DNA of 63,909 bases, counting the filler, from Hausera hauseri (taxonomy: Eukaryota), in the NCBI GenBank assembly GCA_046269625.1. It is 12 parts of 12 records of this genome, joined end to end, with 100 filler letters (N's around TTAATTAATTAA, not from the genome) between each part and the next. Parts side by side here need not be neighbours in the genome. Positions count along the whole stretch, not along the records: positions 55,275 to 59,589 come from JBJURY010639663.1; positions 59,690 to 63,909 come from JBJURY010692993.1; 10 more parts are not named here. The stretch is one strand, 5' to 3'. Shown in pieces: positions 58,181 to 63,909 of this stretch. Numbering within the stretch: the first letter of the stretch is position 1; the number at the start of each line of letters is the position of its first letter. The notes below the pieces were generated by a model. The model saw only the letters and a list, made by a program, of their open reading frames with translations, did not search any database and had not been told where the DNA came from. Both the position numbers and the translations under genes were made by a program.

Positions 58181-61100
58181 TCAACTATTTAGTAACAACA
58201 TTTCCTCTTTATTTTTAATTTACTGAATATTTCAGAGAAGAAGTAAAATTTGGGAAATTTGGACTTTGAACACTGAAAGTAGAATCTTACCCTTCTGTTA
58301 AAAATAACATTTAGGGAAGCCTGGGATCTTTTAATCAGATAATTTAATCTTCTCTTTCATCATCATCATCATCATGTGCCATGCCTAACGGCGTTGGCGA
58401 TCATGTCTCTCCAGATCTCTCTATCTCTTGTGTTTGATATCAAATCGGTGGATGTTTCAAGACCATGCCATGTTGTCAAACCATCTATAATCTTCTGCCA
58501 AAGACAACGTGACTTTTCATTAAAATGTAAATGAGTGGATGTTAAATAGTTAATAAATCGGTAACAACTGCGATTTTGAAGCGTTGAACACTATAGAAAG
58601 TTCTAACTTCATAAGGGAGAGGCTGTTTACGAATCGTGAGATGATTTAGGACATAGAAGGCCATGGAAGGTATAGAAGGCCGTAGAAGGTTTCTTTTACA
58701 CAGAAGGGGCAGGGTTATATAAGGACACTACGTAGAGGAAGCAACGCGATTAAGTCTATTTAGTACATATTCAGCTCATTCTTAAAATTCCCATGTGTAT
58801 TCATCCCTGCCACAAGGTCGTTTTTACTGCAAAACGTGACATTGTTTGTTAACATGAGTGACAGTTTTATGTTAACCTTGTTAATAAGAGACAATTGCAC
58901 ATCACATGACCGAGGTTTTGACCCAAATTGTTAAAGTGCATAGTTGATAATTCCAGACAGAATAAGAGTGTTCTATTACAAAAAGTAATAAACATGCTGT
59001 CCCTAATATTAGGTGAAAGAATATTAAAAAGGCAGATGCTAACGTCGGTAGAACTTGTAGAAGGTCGTCTATAAATATAATGGTATAAAAGACCCCGCTC
59101 TTGTCACATAGTTTTATGGCAGTCTTATAAGCCACCCATACATTGAGTGTTGAGAGATTTTTGACAATCATTTGAGCCGCCCTAACGCTGAGGGCTGGGG
59201 AGATTTTTCATATTTCTTTGAGCCACCCATACGTTGAGTGCTCAGAGAATATTAGACAGTCAATCTCGAACATGAGTCCTAAGCTGAAGCCTGAGAATGG
59301 TGCAGAGACTGCTAACCAAAGAACTGAAGATTCCTACACTGATGACTACAGACCGAGCGTGAATCGTCATAGCAACAGACAAAGCTATAGAATTGTGTCA
59401 GCCAGATCTGCCATCAGACGTCTGTATGAGTGTAAGATTAATCCTTTGCCAGACGTCTAGTGTAGGGAGACCAGCCCAATGCCAGACGCCATCCGAGTCA
59501 TAGCTGAAGAGCCGAGATATACCTGAAAACATCAGACACCTAGAACAACATCTGCATATATCGTCGTGTGTGTAGAGACAAGCAGCAACNNNNNNNNNNN
59601 NNNNNNNNNNNNNNNNNNNNNNNNNNNNNNNNNTTAATTAATTAANNNNNNNNNNNNNNNNNNNNNNNNNNNNNNNNNNNNNNNNNNNNTGTTTTGACAG
59701 CGATGGTTAGGAAAGCCCACAATAGCAAACTGCAAATGCAATCAGACAAGAGTCGGGTTATCAGAATCAATGTGTATCAAGATTTGATGAAGTCATGGTT
59801 TAAAAATCAGTATCATTTTCTGATGTACTGTTCCTACAGTTCAAATTTATCTTAAGATGGCAGAAAAAATGCTGCAAGGGAAGACAAAAGGCTTCACCTG
59901 GCTATATGAATAAAAACATAACAGAACTGCCTCGCCACAATTTGTTACTGCACACTGCCAGCCCGCTAGAGTTACACCAGTTTTTCTCCTTGCCGCTAAC
60001 ATTTGCCACAAAAGATAACATTAACCATTCGATATATCACATGATCTCAAGCAAGTTAAAGTATATAAGCGGGGAGAAATAAATGAAAGAGAACATGACA
60101 GATTGGGAGCACAGAAAAAATTATGCATAGGATAATACATAACTGGAATGCAAAGAAAATGATCACAAACAAGTTTATGTTTTTTTAATAAGATTACGAG
60201 ATACAATGAATTATTAAAAATATTCAGACGTTCATCGAGAAACGAGGGCAAAAGAGAAATGAAAGGAAAGATGGTTGGGAGACGTCGGGTTGCCAACGTT
60301 GTACTAATAAGAGAGAACGTTGTGACAGATGGACATGGAAAAAGTTCAGAATTCATAATACAGAATCATGTGATATATGAGAGGAAACGAACGTTAGTTT
60401 ACGTAAAGTGTTATGTTAATATTATGATTCGTCGTCATTGTTTCCCCTTGTTTCCGTGGGTGTCGTCGGGGGTTGTATGTCTGATAAATTCAGAATGTTT
60501 GGATCGATACAAATATTTAATGGTGAAGTGACTTCCCCACGGAAAGGCACCGCGAAAACAAAGGCTAAGAATGTTTGGAGAATTAAAATTGATGTTTTGT
60601 TTATGAATATATCTTGGATAAAGGATATGGGGGATATATGGGGATATATATATATTGAATACTAAGAAGTTCGGATTGAATTTAAGGGAGTATAAATCGA
60701 GAAGGGCACACATAGTCGTGAAATGCTTTATACGGATAACGTAAATAATTCTGTAATGAAAATATGCTCGGGTGGTCGTCTAGTTCGAGGCTTCTCAAGC
60801 AGAAATGGGGAGATTCGTGAATGGGATTTTATAATGTACGGATCGAATTGGGAGATAAATAGACACAGGAAACCTATGGAGGAGAACTGGAATTTTAACG
60901 ATGATAAAATTGATAAGGGTTTGAGAGGAAACGGAAACTATTTTATAAGGGATTCGAATGGAGACATAATAACCGAATTGAAAGTTATAATAAAGTATAG
61001 ACACCCCATCTGTGTGATGACATATGTTTGACCAAGGGAATCAATAGCTAAAGAAAGGTGGCAATAAGGGTCGAGATATTCAGTAGGCTAAAAATTGAAA

Positions 61101-61189
61101 AGAATGGGCTCAGCAAAGAACCTACTAACAAACATTCATGTAATGAGATAAACACGGTCGAAGTTGTTCATATATTCTATAAAAAATAT

Positions 61190-62250
61190 CCAGGCAATGC
61201 GCGCCCCATTGCAATATGATAACTTCAAATGGGTCGAGAATCTTGAAGACATCCCTATCATGGACCTAGGTCCCATTAGAGATACGGGATACATACTGGA
61301 GGTGGATATGGAATATCCGGCTTCCATCTACGTAAGACATCAACATCTGCCTTTTTTCCCTGAGATCAGACCTCCGCCCAATGGAAAGCAGAGAAAGCTG
61401 CTGTGTCATCTGTGTAATAGGGAGAGGTATGTAGTTCACTACGTAAATCTCCAGCAGGCAGTTAGACATGGACTTCATATTACTAAAATCCATAGAGCCC
61501 TGCTGTTCAGCCAGTGCATGTGGTTGCAGCCCTACATAGATCTTAATAAGAAGCTGCGGGCTAATGCCAAGAAAGACTTTGAGAAGGACCAATTCAAGCT
61601 TTACAACACCTCTGTCTTTGGCAAGACCATGAAGAACATCCGCAACAAGGTCAACATCGAGTTGGTCTGAATGGAAGCGGGAAAAGAAGCTCCTTGGCAA
61701 GCCCAACGTCCAGAGCAGCACCATATATGCTGAGAACGTGGTCAGCATATATATGCTGAAAACAGCATTGGTATTCAACAAGCCCATATATGTGGGTATG
61801 GCAATCCTCAACATGTCAAAGATCATAATATACAGATTCAATTGCGACATCATGGTCCCCAAGTTCAAGTGCATGCAGCTGATGTATATGGATACTGATA
61901 GTTTCATCTATTAGATCCATACAGAGAATATGTATGAAGACTTTGCCTAGTTGGCTCAACATATGGATACCTCGGAATACCCGAAGGATCATCCCAATTA
62001 TTAAATTGCCAATAAGAAAGTCATTGGGGAAATTCAAAGACGAGGTGAATGGAGCAGTCATGTCAAAATTTGTAGCTCTCTGATCTAAAATGTATGCTCT
62101 GGACGTATGTGGCCAAATCAAAAAGAGAGCCAAGGGCGTTCAAAGGGTTACCTTAGTCAAGAAAAGCAGTTTTCAGGACTATGTGACAATTCTGCAGGAG
62201 CAGACGCACATTATATCGGAAATTAGCAGGATCCGATCTAGGCATCGTCA
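61190..62250 (+). pseudogene. Polinton group-2 pPolB C-terminal fragment 1
   Basis: GYILEVD, LPFFPE, YVVHY, FKLYNTSVFGKTM, KPIYVG, YMDTDS, FKDE and KRAKGV motifs. Confidence 0.92.
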
Positions 62251-62254
62251 TTGA

Positions 62255-63470
62255 TCATGTACCTTGATGCACATAATCTCTATGGGTAGGCTATAAGTTA
62301 CAGCTTATCCTATAGAAATTTCCAATTGGTAGATGATTCAAGTCAAATTGATATCATGGCTATTCTACCAGATGCAGAAAGAGAATACATTTTGGAAGTT
62401 GACGTAGTTTAGCCGATATCACTGCATGACGGACATGACCAGCTACCGTTCCTGCCGGAATCAAAACCACCACCAAATGAAAAATTTAAAAAATTATTGC
62501 TGCACTTGGATAATCGAAAACGATATGTCAGCCATTATGGTGCTTTATAGCAGGCTGTGCGATATGGCGTGCACATTAAAAAAATCCACAGGGCTTTGCA
62601 ATTCAGTCAGTCAAAGTGGCTTCAGCCGTACATTCAATTTAATACTGATTTGCGAATTGCTGCTAGTAATGTTTTGAAAAGGGCGAATTTAAATTGTATA
62701 ACAATTTGGTAAGACAATGGAAAATATCCGAAATCGCCAATGTATTAAATTGGTTAATGAATGGAAGAGAGCAAAGAAATTAATTGCAAATCCCAATTTC
62801 CTCCATAGTGATATTTACACCGAAAACCTAGTGAACGTCAGTATGACAAAAACAGCACTTAAGTTCTATAAGACAATCTACGTCGGCATGAGCATTTTTG
62901 ACCTATCAAAAACTCTCATGTATGATTATCATTACAATGTAATGAAATCACGATACCAGAATCAGATACAACTAATGTACATGGATACGGATTCCTTCAT
63001 CTACCACATTCAGACAGATGACGTGTTCATGGATTTCATGGATTTGGCATTTTACTAGGATAATTTTGATTACCCGAAAGATCACATCAATTATTCATCA
63101 GCAAAATAAAAAGTATTGGGGAAATTCAAGGATGAGGTTGGCAGTAAAATAATACAAAATTTGTTGGATTAAGACCGAAGATGTATGCTTTGGATGTAGA
63201 TGGACACGTTAAAAACGAGCAAAAGGTGTACAGAGGGCAACACTTGCCAATCATATAACATTTGAGGATTACGTGGATTGCCTTAGAAATGAGACAGTGT
63301 CGCCTTCATCGATGAAGTCCATCCAGTCCCACCGTCATTCCGTCACCACAGTTGACCAGTATAAGAAATCCCTGAGTCCCATTGATGACAAGAGACTGAT
63401 ATTACATGACGACATATGTACGCGAGCCCATGGACATTATGATTCTCATTATGAACATATTTGTGGCTAA
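62255..63470 (+). pseudogene. Polinton group-2 pPolB C-terminal fragment 2
   Basis: YLDAHNLYG, ILEVD, LPFLPE, KTMENIR, DLSKTLMYDYHY, YMDTDS, DDKR and AHGHY motifs. Confidence 0.92.
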
Positions 63471-63522
63471 TGATGGTATAAAACAAAACTTCAGTGTTCT
63501 ATATTATTATTATTATTATTAC

Positions 63523-63909
63523 TGGCGACCCAACCGGGAAAATGGGACAAGGTAATTCAAGTTCTCCGGACTATCATGAACACTTCCGGAAATACTAAGA
63601 TGCGACCCTTCGGCAGTTTGATGGATCATTCACTGATGAGGCGAAACAATGGCTGGAAGATATGATTTATGCTAAAAAATTTTTCGACGGCTGTTTGTGG
63701 AGCTATGTGAATTCCTGTTAACGGAACAAGCTAGAGTTCTGTGGGCGGATTTTAAGGAAAAGAAAGGAAACCAACTGTCGGACGAAGAAGCCATAATATG
63801 GTTTAAAGCGACGTTCATGAAGAAGGTGAACCCTCTCGATGAGGTGGTCGAATTGGCCAACATGTATCAGAAAGAAGGAGAAAAGTTTCTGACATTTGAA
63901 ATCAGAGTG
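63523..63909 (+). mobile_element. Start of an LTR-retrotransposon gag (PBS-like TGGCGACC, then gag from ATG 63542)
   Basis: FDGS...AKQWLE, LTEQARVLW and YQKEGE gag-like motifs; one stop and one frameshift. Confidence 0.6.

Noticed and set aside
58600-59589. Possible LTR (GTAGAAGG repeats, duplicated GCCACCCATAC.TTGAGTG)
   Set aside because: No second copy, PBS or PPT identified; cut by the contig end.
60021-61130. Short ORFs upstream of the PolB fragments
   Set aside because: No recognisable domain; cannot be told apart from chance ORFs.

Overview
This window is not one locus. It is 12 separate contigs joined by an artificial 100-nt linker (44 N + TTAATTAATTAA + 44 N), so adjacency across a linker carries no biological information. 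The DNA is AT-rich and eukaryotic, probably from an invertebrate (one gene has 41-51 nt spliceosomal introns), and is dominated by mobile elements. (1) Five contigs carry decayed Polinton/Maverick (adintovirus-like) sequence: group-2 protein-primed PolB (4 copies or fragments), integrase, packaging ATPase, adenain protease, major capsid protein, QxGxG virion proteins and a probable AGTAGT terminus. Their accessory genes are unusual: a TBP-like gene, a PC4/Sub1-like gene, a DEDD-like nuclease and a possible SSB. (2) Two related Ty3/gypsy elements have an integrase that runs into a signal peptide, C-x9-CC/FN3-like repeats and a transmembrane anchor. One of them also carries a DnaQ/REX4-like exonuclease and a RING-finger gene, and its single LTR lies between a PPT and a PBS. 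(3) A BEL/Pao element has a Gag that begins with a ubiquitin-like domain and carries CCCH zinc fingers where CCHC knuckles are expected. (4) There is an intact 1220-bp DD36E Tc1/mariner transposon. (5) Other remnants include a gag-only LTR element with a conserved antisense ORF, plus RTE LINE, SINE and piggyBac fragments. Host genes are DDX46/PRP5, an ankyrin-repeat gene and small fragments. All family calls come from motif recognition by eye; no database search was run. Most element ORFs carry stops or frameshifts, and their boundaries are approximate.
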